64,000 nt of DNA from Eledone cirrhosa (lineage: Eukaryota), in assembly GCA_964016885.1 (NCBI GenBank), contig OZ024741.1, positions 356,562,001 to 356,626,000 of the forward strand, in the 5' to 3' direction. The notes beneath the pieces were generated by a model. It was not told the DNA's origin. It saw nothing but the letters and a program-made list of their open reading frames with translations, and searched no databases. This document shows, one piece after another, positions 24,634 to 37,000 of this stretch. The number at the start of each line of letters is the position of its first letter. Position 1 is the stretch's first letter. The position numbers and the translations under genes are program-made.

Positions 24634-27109
24634 GCCTTAGAAGTATTGTGAATTAGAGTGATCACCCAGATTGTTCTGAATTACTTTGTTAAAGCATGTT
24701 GAAAAGCTTGATTATAAAGGTTCTGAAAAACGTGTGATGGATTAGGACATGTCAAAGCAAACAAATTATGCCATAAGTTTAGAAATATCTAATAGACCTA
24801 TTCTTTCACAAGTGAACCGCATAGCATTATTATCAAAGGTCTTGGCAAACAATGTAAGGTCAGAACAATACACAACAAGCATTTTAAGGGAGTTTTTGTC
24901 TACTATTTGCTTGGATAATGTTAGTTGATCCAAGTTTTTCAACTGACAATATATGTGAGACACTACCATATTAAAACTTAATTTGTAGAATATTCACCTG
25001 AGGAATTTTCCTTCTGTCATATTGTTGATATTCATAATTAACAAAACTACAAGTACAACATTAACAACTACAACTGTTTTGAGGTTAGTTCCTCTGTTAA
25101 AGCAGGGATTAGCCATGACAAGTTTCTCCATTTGCCATTGGTTATCATTTCTTCCTCTGTCGTAATCTTTGGCAATGTCTTTCTTGGTCTTCTCCTTCCT
25201 CTACATCCTTCTCAATTCATTTCCATCACTCCTGTCATTCAGTCACTTTCATTCTACCTCAACACATGACCAATTATCTCATTCTATTTCTCTTCACAAC
25301 ATTCATCACCATGAGTATGGTAGGAACAATATGTATTGTGAAATATTGTGTTCAGTGATGAAGCAGTGATAAAATCATATGAGTATTATTTGGTGATTTA
25401 GATGTTAGAAAGAGATTGATTGTGTTTTTGAAAACTCAAGTTCAATCATAGGCTTAAATACAGAAAATGAGTTAAGATAAATTATTGTTTTATATACTAA
25501 AGAATTATTAAAATTCTATATGATATATAAGACTGCATGTCATAAACAGTGAATAATTGAACCAAAAGCATTAATTAGTAATGTTCAGCTAGGGCTTCCA
25601 ACAGAAATTTTATATAAGTCTGCTTTTTGACCCCCTGGAGAGAATGGTGGGGGCTCTCTCCTAATTCAAGGAAGCTGGGAGGCTTTTTTGAGGGGTTGTC
25701 ATATATTAACTACAGGCCCCTTCTTGCTTCTCTTGACAGTACATCTCCTTCCAATGGTGTCAAGCAACATTGACACTATACTGGAGAATGTCCAGGTTGT
25801 TTTGCCTGCACTATTACACTTTCACCTTTCATTATCCATGCAGCCACCACAGCAAGCTTGGTGTTACAGTAACTACTCCAACTCTTGAGCAACTATTTGG
25901 TCTTACCCCTCATTGAGGTTTTGTTCTTTGCTCTCTGCCATATCTATAATAACACCTTTTCTGTTTCCCTCTTTATGTCATGGATCTTTTCTTTACTGTC
26001 CTTTCTCAGTCCAACACCCACCAGATAGGATATAGTGGACCTAGCTACAAATTTGTGACACCCCACCTCTACCTGAAGCATCATACACTCCCCACTGTTT
26101 TACATGATTCCTTGAATCCTTCATGGTTTAGGTTCTTTCTTTTATAGGCCTATTCCAAACTCCCTTCCTAAAGCAGTGTTTGCTCAATAATAAGAACTTT
26201 TAACTTGTCAAGTCAGTCAATGCTATAAGGTCAATGTAACAATAAATATGATAAAGACACTTTATTTGATTATTTTAAGTCTTTCATTATTATATTTTTA
26301 ATGAAATACACTCCCATATGTTTAAAATAATTTTAAAATAATCAAGAATTTGAAGATATTAAGTAGTATATCTAACTTTTTCATTATTAAGCTTGTGTTC
26401 TTACATAAAATTATGATTGGAGGTTTTTAAATAAATATAAACATTTAAAATTAAACAGCTCACAGGTTTAAATGGGTTCCTAAAATTTGGCCTCCCATGG
26501 AGAGGTTTTCTGGTATTTTAATGATAGGGTCCTGTCCTATCATGAAAAGTGTGAACTGGATACATCCAAATATTTTCTACAGACCCTGGATACTGAATTT
26601 CAGTCTAAAAATATGTCGGACATAAGATTTGATTTTATGTTATTCTATTTCTGGACATTTTCCTGTTGCCTGAGTTAACAAAATACTTGTGTGTTGCTAA
26701 GTTACTTTTGATAATCTTGATTAGGTTTAAAGACGTAAGAGACAGTTACAAATTAAAAACCCTTAAGAGTAGCAACCAATTTAATCAGTTCAATCTAAGC
26801 CATCGTTTCGATGGTGATCTCCCAATATTATTTGATAAAATCTCACCTGTAAGTGTTTTAATTTTCTCTTTGATATTTCGGAAATTTTATTCTTTTCCTA
26901 AATGGTGTTGTTTTAAGTCCATGACCATCACGTATGCTTTTTAGAGTTTAGAAGGTGTTTTATTAAATGTGTCTTTTATTTTTTCAATTGTTAAAATGTT
27001 GTGGTATTTATTTGCTCTGTTTTTTTTTATGCTCTCTGAGTTTAAGTTCAATCGAGATCAACTTTGCCTTTCATCTTTTCAAGGTCAATAAAAAAAAGTG
27101 GGGTTGATT

Positions 27110-27625
27110 CATCATCATCATCATCGTTTAACGTCCATGCTAGCATGGGTTAGACGGGAATTGTCCTACTTGAGGCAAGATTGATAGGGTGACAATATCT
27201 CGCTCATATAGGAATGTATCTGGCAGGTTTTCTACAGCTGGATGCCCTTCCTAACACCAACATTTACAGTGTGGACCGGGAACTTTTTTACCATGTCTCC
27301 TACACAACCACTTTACAGCGTGGATTGGGTGCTTTTTGGTCGTGACACCTACATGACCTCTTTAGATTGAACTGGATGTTGTGGTACCAACATAACTTTA
27401 CAGAGAAAGGGTAGTGTTGGAGGGAGTGGGAGGAAGGAGTAGGGGTAGTAGGTTGGGGTGTATATTTGGTTAAGATTACTGTAGGTTAACTTTGTATGTA
27501 GAGAAGGCAGGTCTTCTGTATTACTGAGTGGCGCCAAAGATCTCGATCTAGTGACATTGTCTTAGAGAGGTGTAAGTGTGCAAGGCTGGATTTTATCATG
27601 TCGCCACTGGTTTTTCTGGGTCTCC
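27110..27625 (-). mobile_element. RTE LINE 3' end
   Basis: Inverted homologue of 4300-4828. Confidence 0.8.
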
Positions 27626-27934
27626 GTAACTTCCTCTAAATATCTTTCTCACTCCTTGTTTCTCACACTCTCTCTATCTCTCCTTCTCTGGAGTTACAGC
27701 TCCATACATATTTATACATCCTTTTTTAAAGTTGTTAGGGCATGTTTGAGGGAGTTTAAGATACTATTTTGAGTAGGTCAATTGACTATGTAGAGACTTC
27801 CTTGCTGGCTAATTTTTAAGATGTTATTTTGTTTTATAGTCCCAGGTCAGGCGTGATTGAGCAGACCTATGACTGAAGGTATTCCAACCATAATCATCCC
27901 ATCTTCTACAGTCTAGACTGCAGCCATCTTGTTA

Positions 27935-28325
27935 CTATTAACACTTAATGAATTCACATTAGCAAGGTATTCTTGAGAAGTGCAAAACAGTACTATGCCT
28001 ACATCACATTAAAAATTAATAGCTTTACTTTAATATTTTAAATGTTCTCAATGATCTGTTCACCAGTAAAGATTCTATAAACAACCGAATAAACATACCA
28101 CATGAAACTACATTAGCAAGACATTCTTGTAAAGTACAAAACAACTCTATGACTGCATTACATTAAAAATGAAAGTCTTTACTCTAATACTGTAAATTCA
28201 CGTGACAATCTGTCCACTAGTAAAGATATTCTAAACATTGAAGTAAGAAACCCATCTGTGTATATTTTCTGGTAAATCATTACAACATGTAAAGAGTTAA
28301 ATAAAAGCCAACACTTCATTTTAAG
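27935..28325. repeat. Unclassified repeat with two ~155-bp tandem units; related copy at ~48905-49140
   Basis: cattagcaag..attcttg..aagt.caaaaca...cattaaaaat...tctgt.cac.agtaaagat occurs twice here and once at 48950-49070. Confidence 0.6.
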
Positions 28326-29319
28326 TTCTCAAAACTATTAAAAAAATGATTGTTTAAATTACATAGACTTTGTAATATTTTAATATAAACAAAAACTGAA
28401 ATTCAAATTACAACATGTAATTCTAAAATACCAAGAATTATCCGCAATTTTTTTCAGCCTGTGGCATTTAAGATATTTGGAGAGCAAGGCTGCTGACAAT
28501 GAAGTTCTTGTCATTGTTGACAGCTCACCTAATCTATGTATCAGGTGATGCCCACGAGGGTACTTTTTTTTATTACAGTGCCTTAGTCCTGCTATCATCT
28601 GCAGTAATGCTGTAAGCATGTTGGGTTGCCCCAAAAATTATTAGAGGGAAACTCCAATGCCCCTCTTTTCCTTCTTTTTTTCTAGTACTCTCTATATATA
28701 TATCTATGTAAAATATGGCAGTATGTATGCATGTATGTCAACAAAGACCTAGTGAAACAATGTGCATAATATGCAACAAAGTGAGTAGAACTAGTTCTGG
28801 ATTAAAAAAAACACATAGTGATGCATAAAGATTGTTTCCCACAGGGGGACCCAACCGGTTCTGTAGAAAACTCTCTTCTGTCATATGTGTCAAACTATGC
28901 AGATTACAGCTGTTCTACAAAGTCATCTATGAAGTCATGGACATGGATGGGATGACAATGAAGAATCAATAAGAGATGGTAATTTACTGTGAAGTCGCTG
29001 CAATCCTCATGTATTCACTACTGTGAATGCCTTCTTTTCTCTATCTATATCACAATGATTGGTCATTTACGTTTATATTTTATTGGAGTTTTGACTGGAG
29101 CATTCCACCTGTACTCTTTCATAACTCAGTATACATATATAACTGTATGCTTTTTGATGTTTATATCATTTTAATAACTTATAAACAACACATGCATTAA
29201 CTCTCCTGATTTTATAATACAAAACTGTTTATTTTAAAATGTTTATATTATCTAAATGTTTATATTATCTAAAAGCATTTAAGTTACATTATGCTCCAAA
29301 TACCAACTAAAAAATAGTT

Positions 29320-29535
29320 TTTAATTTATGCAAAAGGCCAGCACAATTTTGGGCAAAAGAGGAAAGTTGTTTACATCGACACCAGTACTTGACTGGTACT
29401 TTATTTTATCGACTTCATAAAGATGAAAAGCAAATTCGACCTTGGCGGGATTTGAACTCAGAAAGTAAAAAGCCAGAACATTTACTGCAAAGCATTTGTC
29501 TGACAGCGTAACAACACTGCCAATCCTCCTCCCTA
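29320..29535 (-). mobile_element. tRNA-derived CORE-like SINE
   Basis: Same core and B box. Confidence 0.7.
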
Positions 29536-29559
29536 AAACACCCATTTAGTAATGAGATA

Positions 29560-31400
29560 TCATCATCATCATCATCACCGTTTTACGTCCATTCTTCCAC
29601 GCTAGCATGGGTTAGACAGGTTTTTCTGTTGTGGTCAATGCCAGGTCAAGTGACCATGTCTTGCTCATACAGAACTGATTTTGGCTCATTTCTACAGCTG
29701 GATGCCCTTCCTAACACTAACCTCATTTACAGTGAATACTGGGTGCTTTTTACTGTGGCGCCTACACGACCACTTTACAGTGTGGATTGGGTGCTTTATT
29801 GTTGTGACACCTACACGACCACTTAACAGTGGGAGGGTGTGAGGGTATACTGTCTATATGCTTCAGCTTTGGCTTGAACCCATGGGAAGTCAGGTCTTCT
29901 GTATTACTGTGTAACGCCAGATGTCTCGGTCCTGTGTCATCACCTTTGAGAGGTGCAATTGGGCAAGGTCAGCTTTTATCACCTTATACCAGGTCTTCTT
30001 GGGTCTCCCCACTCCAAGACTTCCATCGACTTTTAGTGCTCTGCATCTTTTTATACAACTGTCATCCTTCATACACAACACATGTCCATACCAACGTAAT
30101 CTCCTCTGCTGTAGACAGCATTTCATTCCTCTTATGCTTAGTTTCTCTCTCAATTCGTTTATGCTTTGCCGTTCGCGTATATTACTATTACACATCCATC
30201 GGAGCATGCAAGCTTCATTTTTTTCTAATCTACGCAAGTCTTCAACACACAACGCCCAGGTCTCACTACCATGCAACATTGCTGTTCGTATGCACGCATC
30301 ATACAGTCTGTCTTTCATTTTGAGGGAAAAGCCTTTTGCAGCTAGCAGTGGTAGTAGCTCCCTGATCTTCTTCCATCAAGTTCTTACCCTGGATACTGTA
30401 CTTTCAGAACACCCACCTCCACTGCTAATTTGGTCATGTAGGTAGCAGAAGCTGTCTACTGTTTCTACAGAGCCCTCCCAAAATTTGGTAGTGCTTGTTT
30501 CCTGTGGTTGTTTGCTGTGTACTGTCCTAGTGTAACTGATACATGTAAAGCCTACATTCTTAACTAAACTTCCTGAGATCCCAATAGATCTCTTGTGTAC
30601 CCATAGTTTGCATTTGGGGCAGAGGATGGAATTTCTACCTATACCTTTCCTACATACTGAGAAAGGCCATTTCCCTGAGGGGATCTGGGTTCTGTTTTCT
30701 TGTCTACTTACAAGGACCTTAGTCTTTGTCAGGTTTACTTTGAGACCCCTTCTTTCTAAGCTCTACTTCCATGTTTGGAATTTCATCTTTAGTTCCACCA
30801 TAGATTCAGTTTGCATACAGAAGTTCCCATGAGCATCCAGTCTTAAACTCCTCTGTTATAGCCTGCAATACAATCATAAACAGGAGAGGGATAAGAATAG
30901 ATCCCTGATGGACACCAACCTGTATGCTAAATTCCTCGCTATTGTCTAACTTTGTTAACTAACTTTGCTCTTAGTTTTCTAAGAGCCCACCAGATTATAG
31001 CACGGGGAACTCTGTTGAAGGCTTTTTCCTGATCGACAAATGCTACATAGTGCTTTTGCCTGGCACAAACCCAAACTACATCTCATCTAATCAGCTGTGG
31101 TGCTTTTGCTTGGCACAAACCCAAACTGCATCTCATCTAATCAGCTGTGTTATAACTCTTTCTGTCACTTTCTTGACCTAGTCCATCAGCTTTATACCTC
31201 TATAGTTTCCTCTATCTAGTGCATATCCTTTAACCTTGTAGCAATTGACAATGATGCTGCTGCACCAATCATTTGGTATGACACCCTCTAGTATTACTTG
31301 GTTAACAATATATGTGGTTATGGTGTGACCTACCGACATAGATGCTTTCAGCATCTCGGCAGCTATATGCGATGGACCGGTTGCTTTCCCAGTCTTCAGA
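29560..31400 (-). mobile_element. 5'-truncated, decayed RTE LINE
   Basis: Minus strand GVHQGSILIPLLF, CSVCRKGIGRNSILCPKCKLWVHKR, MLHGSETW, GRPKKTW and a (GAT)n tail; ~49-bp tandem duplication at 31050-31148. Confidence 0.88.
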
Positions 31401-32379
31401 CAGTTAGTTATATTACAATTTTTTCTAAATTGTTGAATATTTTCAAAATTATTTGAAAACTATAGGCAGGGTCTTTCATTAAAAATATGTGAACAAAAGA
31501 TATAAAGTGAAAATGTCATAAACAGCTGCATTACTATGTAACAGAAAATTTATGAATCTAATGAAAAATAGTGGAATATTTAAATTTTGATATAATTAAA
31601 ACTGTTAGCAGGCTGTGTAGTTAACAAGTTCGCTTTGCAACCATGTTTCTGCATGTTTCTAGCTGCATTACTATGTAATAAAGCACCTATGGAATCATTG
31701 AAAAATAGCTTAATATTTGAATTTTGATATATTGATTTCTAATTTGAACACAAGATCAGCAATTTGGGGGTGAAGGATATTTGACTCATACAAGGCAAAA
31801 TTGATCTTGGTGGGATTTGAACTCAGAGCATAGTGAACCAGAAAAAATACTATGTTATTTCATCAGACACTCTAAGCATTCTACCAATTTGCTGTGGTTA
31901 AGAAGTTCACTTGACAACCATATATTTCCAAGTTCAATCCCACCATAAAGCACCTCAGGTTGATCAATACTGTGTGAGAGAAATTTGGTAGGTGGAAACT
32001 GTGCAAAACCTTGTCTTATATTATATAAAGAATTTTTTCCCTCTTATTCATTTATATGAATAAAGGTTTTTTAAATTCTATAATATAGAATGATGATATA
32101 TCTATTAAATTAAACCAAATGTTTTGAAATCCTACATAAATGTGTAACATTTAACCTTATAAATGTTTTGTTCATTTACATCTGTATTCTCGACCCATAC
32201 ATTTATTTTGTAGCTTTATTGTAATAACTGTTACACTTGACTGTCAATGGCATTGAATTTAACTGATTCTCTGATTAACACAAACATTTATTTCAATTAC
32301 ATAGATCTGTATATTATGATGGTTATACAGCATTTTTTGCCCATTTGGCATACAAACATTATAATCTGAAAAAATGGTT

Positions 32380-33760
32380 CTTCAATCTGACAACCCTCTT
32401 GCTTGGGGTCTTCCCCTGGGTCTTCTGCCAATAGGATTTGCTTGTAAAATCTGGCCTAAGATTCTTTCCTGAGTCATTTTAACCTCAAAGTATCACAACT
32501 GTGATCTCTTGATGCAGAGAAGTAGTGGCTCTACTTGATTCCCTGATCTCCGAGCTATGCACTCTATTGAGTAATATTACTCTAAAGACCATTTGGAGGA
32601 AACCCCATTTTGGCCACTTGTATTCCAAATCATAATCTTTTGGTCATTACCCAAGATTCATGATGACCATAGGTAAGGGTTGGCACAAATACCAAATTGA
32701 AGATAATGAGTTTGCTTTCTTCTGAATACCAAATGCTGAAGCTGGCACATTACTACACAAGCTCATGTAATTCTTGCCCTTAATTCAAATTCCTGTCTTC
32801 CAACAGTCATGAACACAGCCTGCCAGTTTTGTGGACTTCTTTGGCTTTAGGTAATCTTATGTTGCAGATAACTAGATGGTGATCAGTTGACAGCTCAGCC
32901 CCTCTCTTAATACAAACATCCAGCACAGAATTGAAGAGATGAAAGACAATAAAAAAAAATCAATTATTGATCTCTGTACCTGATTCCCCTTATGCCATGT
33001 ATATTTATGGTTGTCCCTATGATGGAAGAAGGTGTTCATAATAGAGAATCCATTACTAGAACAGAAGTCTAATAAAGATCAGGATCACTATTCCTTTCAA
33101 TCATTCCTTTCCATGTCAGTTGATCAGTGCCAACATGTGCATTGAAGTCTTCCATATGACTCAGTCTTAACTACATCTAATGCTGCTGTGACTTCATCAA
33201 GGAAGGATTGGTATTCAGACCCCTTATTTGGTGCATAACCATGCACCCCCAACAGTGATCTATCTTTCAACCTAAGCTTAAAGATGTAAATCTTCCCTCT
33301 TAATGGGATCCAGTCCATAACACATTCTGACAGCCGGGTCCTTGTGAGTATTCCCACTCCTGTCTGTGCATTCATTTCTGGCACCACACCTGAATAGTGG
33401 AGTTTTCATCCTCTATCCAAATCTGCAGTTTCAGTGCCACAGAATTTTGTTGAGGAAGCCCTGACTATATCTAGCTGATAGCATAGAGCCTCCTCTGCTA
33501 GTTCCTGCTCTTTACCTGTAAGGGTTGTGATGTTCCCTGTTCCAATTATTATGGTTTGTCCCTTCTGAAACCACTTTGGAGTCTTGGGATATGCAATCTT
33601 TGTGCATTCATCCCATACCTCCCAGGACAGGTTGCAGGTCCATTGCTAGTTTTTACAGCATGAAATGGGGACTGCAATATATTTTTCAAACAGGCCCCTC
33701 TACCTAAGGCCTGAACGTGTCCCTTGTTAACCTGCATGAAAGACCATGCAGTATGATTCT
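32380..33760 (-). mobile_element. Decayed RTE (BovB-like) LINE: endonuclease and C-terminal remnants
   Basis: Minus strand GNITTLTGKEQELAEEA, AQTGVGIL, HGYAPN, GDFNAHVG-like motif; ANPIGRRPRGRP end. Confidence 0.7.
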
Positions 33761-34088
33761 TTTAGTTACTTCTCACCATATTGCAGTTTTGGTGGTCACC
33801 AATCTGGTACTTTTCTCAGATCTACGAATATATTACTTATTTGATGTACAAAATAATGGGTTACGTATTATTTGTATATTAATCTTAATCTCCTGCTAAA
33901 TTGATTATGTTGGTTTTTGTATTATATTTTGTTCTAATTAATGCAAATATCTTCCTAATATGCCATATCCTTTGGCCTTCAATCTGAAATTACTTGATAA
34001 TTGTTTCAATGATTTCCTTAATAATTTCAAAATTGAAGATATAATCCTTTTTTTTGTTTTATTTTCAGGCAAGAGCAGTGGACTAGCC

Positions 34089-37000
34089 ATGTCTGCTGGT
34101 TCTTGGGAGGACTCATCAAATTTGACTCATGACAGAGATGAAAAGAGTAATCTTGAGCTGGTGAAGAAACGTCCTCCACCTCGACCATCAGGACCACCTC
34201 CTCGACCATCTGCTCCTCCAAGACCTGCACCAATTAACTTAAAGGCAACCTCACGCTCAACTTCTCCTTCTGCACAGGCAACTCCTCCTTCAGCAAGTGC
34301 TTCTCCATCAGTTGGACATCATATAACTTCTGCTAACAAAAAAGCACATAAAATAATAACCTCTCTAAAACATAAAGCTGGTCTAAAATCTCCAAAGCAT
34401 TTCATTAAAGATAAGAAGAAAAACAAATCCCCAATACCTTCTCCTTCAAAAGAATTTGTTGAACCATCACTCAGCGATAAAACTGAACGCTCTGAAGAAT
34501 GGCTGGCCTTACAGCAAATGCTAGAGCGAACCAAAGAAACAGTCATAAAAACAAAACAGAATTTGAATAGATTAGCATCAAAAGACGAAAGTGATAATCA
34601 ACAGGAAGAAAACGACGAAGCCTCAGCTTCTGACAGTTCTTGGGCTGGTTGGAGAGCTAAGCAAGACGAATCAGAAGAAATAGATGAAGAGACATCAAAT
34701 TATACAAGTATCCCATACTCCCAAACTTCTAGTTATTATCCTGAAGACTCTACTGATAAATCCCCTGATCAAGATATTGATGCAAAAGAAAAATCAGACA
34801 CAGGCGGTAGTGTTCAAGACTTATTAGGGCTTGGTTTAGGTGATTTTGAATCCCCACCTGAGCCTGATGATTGGCTTTCTAATCATCAATCCCAATTTGA
34901 AAAAGACTTTTTAGCAGCAGAAGAAGAAAATTTAACTGCTTCAAATAAGAGTGTTACTGATGAATTAGTTGATAGCTTTTTGGGATTAGATCCTTCAACT
35001 AGTCTAAAACCTTCCCCAGCTATAAGCCCTGCACTTTCCCCTGTCACCCAACTTGCCCCAGAATCTGAAGTGGATCCATTTGTTGTTCCAAAAATTATCG
35101 ATCCATTTGATGTTTCTTTGATTGTTATTAAAACTGAATCCGAGTCTGATCCATTTACTGTTAAATCAGCAGTTGCAACTCCCTCAGATCCATTTGTTGT
35201 GACACATGATCCTTTTGTTACACCTGTTGATGGTGATATTAAGTCCACTGATCCATTTGTAGTTAATCCTACTAAACCAGCATCGCCTTCAACAGATCCT
35301 TTTGTAGTTTCCAGCGATCCAGTAACTACAACTCCTTCTTATAATGTTTTAGAAGATCCATTTTCTCTGAAATCAAATGTTCCTAGAACAACTCCTGATT
35401 CACTTACTACAAACCCTCAATCAATATTTTCCTCATCTGACCCTTTTGTTGTTTCTCCTGCGTGTACAGAATCATTATTTCTTGGATCAACTTTAGGTAG
35501 TTCTGTATCAGATTCACTAGCCGTTTCACCTGGATTACCAAAATCTGGTTCTGAATTATTTGGTGAAGGTTCTGATTTGACAACATCTAATATTGACCCT
35601 TTCACTCCAACTAAGGATATCTTTAGCTCAACAGTTGACCTTTTTGCTCCAGTTGCTGAGCCCACAAGTTCAACAACTGATCTTTTTGCATCGGCTGTGG
35701 AGCTCAAAAGTTCAACAGTTGATCCTTTCTCTTCAACTGCAGAGCTCACTAGCTCAACAGTTGATCCTTTTGGAGAACTCAACAGTTTAACAAGTGATCC
35801 TTTCACTTCAACTGCTGAGCTCTCTGGTTCAAAGGTTGATTCTTTTACACCAGCTGCAGAATTCACTACTTCAAATATTGATCTATTTGGTGAAAGTGGG
35901 AATGCATTTGAAATAGAATCAAATAAACAAGAAACTAAGATCATTGATTTTGTCTCTGAAAAGAGTGAAACAGAAAACCAGATAGACGATTTTTTCATTG
36001 AGAAACCTGGATTAGAAAACGCTGGAGATAATATTTTCATGAATAATATTACAAAAGATCAGGAATTAGGAGCTTCAGCTGTTGATCCATTTGCTTCCTC
36101 AGAAGCATCTTCATTATTTACTCAACCAAATTTAGAACTTTCTAATTTTGCCTCCTTCTCAGAATCTGAAGGATTCATTGATCCATTTGGGTCAACAGAT
36201 ACTAGTCTCATTCCAAACCAAACAGACAAACTGGCTTCTACACCAGAACCCTTCTCAACAATATCTGAGCCACTTGATTTTGCTTCGATTGCTTTAGCTG
36301 TTAAAGCAGCGGAGAGAATTGCAGTAAGCTCTGCTCAAAGTAAACCAACTACTAGTTCATTTACAACAATATCTGAACCCTTAGACTTTCATACTGATGA
36401 CAATTCTTATAAATTAGATGAAAAAAATACAGAAACTTTAGAAAGTAATCCTTTTTGTACTACATCAGAACCAGTTGATGTAGGATCAGTTTCTTTCGTA
36501 AAACAAGAAGATCTGCCAATTGCTGATCAAGTAGTTGATAAGATTATTTCATCACAAACTGATCCTTTTACTACTATTTCAGAACCAGTTGATGTTCAGG
36601 TGGAGTCATTTGATACTCCTGGCTGGAATGCATTTTCTGAACAATTCAGTAGTACTTCAGATAGTGATCTGAACACTAAAACCTCTGATTTTGCATTTTC
36701 TGAATTTAATGCCACTCAAGCAATTCCTGCTACAGAACCATTTTCAAGTATACCATTTGAAACTAACTGGCCAAGTTCCAGCTCGGACTCAGTAGTTAAA
36801 ACTGATTTAGCTTTTCCAGAAGTAGGAAGCAATTTCTGTTCTGCAAATATGTCTGAAGATGCATTTCCAATAGCAACTGATGCAGCTGCGGCTACATTTA
36901 CTGCACAGTCAACAGACATAATTATGACAACAATAACAACAACAGCACCATCAACAACAACAAAAGACAGTTCACTGCTGACAATGGAAGTAACAGATTT

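Noticed and set aside
26480-26960. Possible Penelope-type RT remnant on the minus strand
   Set aside because: Motif resemblance too weak to call by eye; needs tBLASTx/HMM.
33960-34068. First 36 codons of the 1963-aa ORF
   Set aside because: Intronic read-through: includes a polypyrimidine tract and CAG acceptor.
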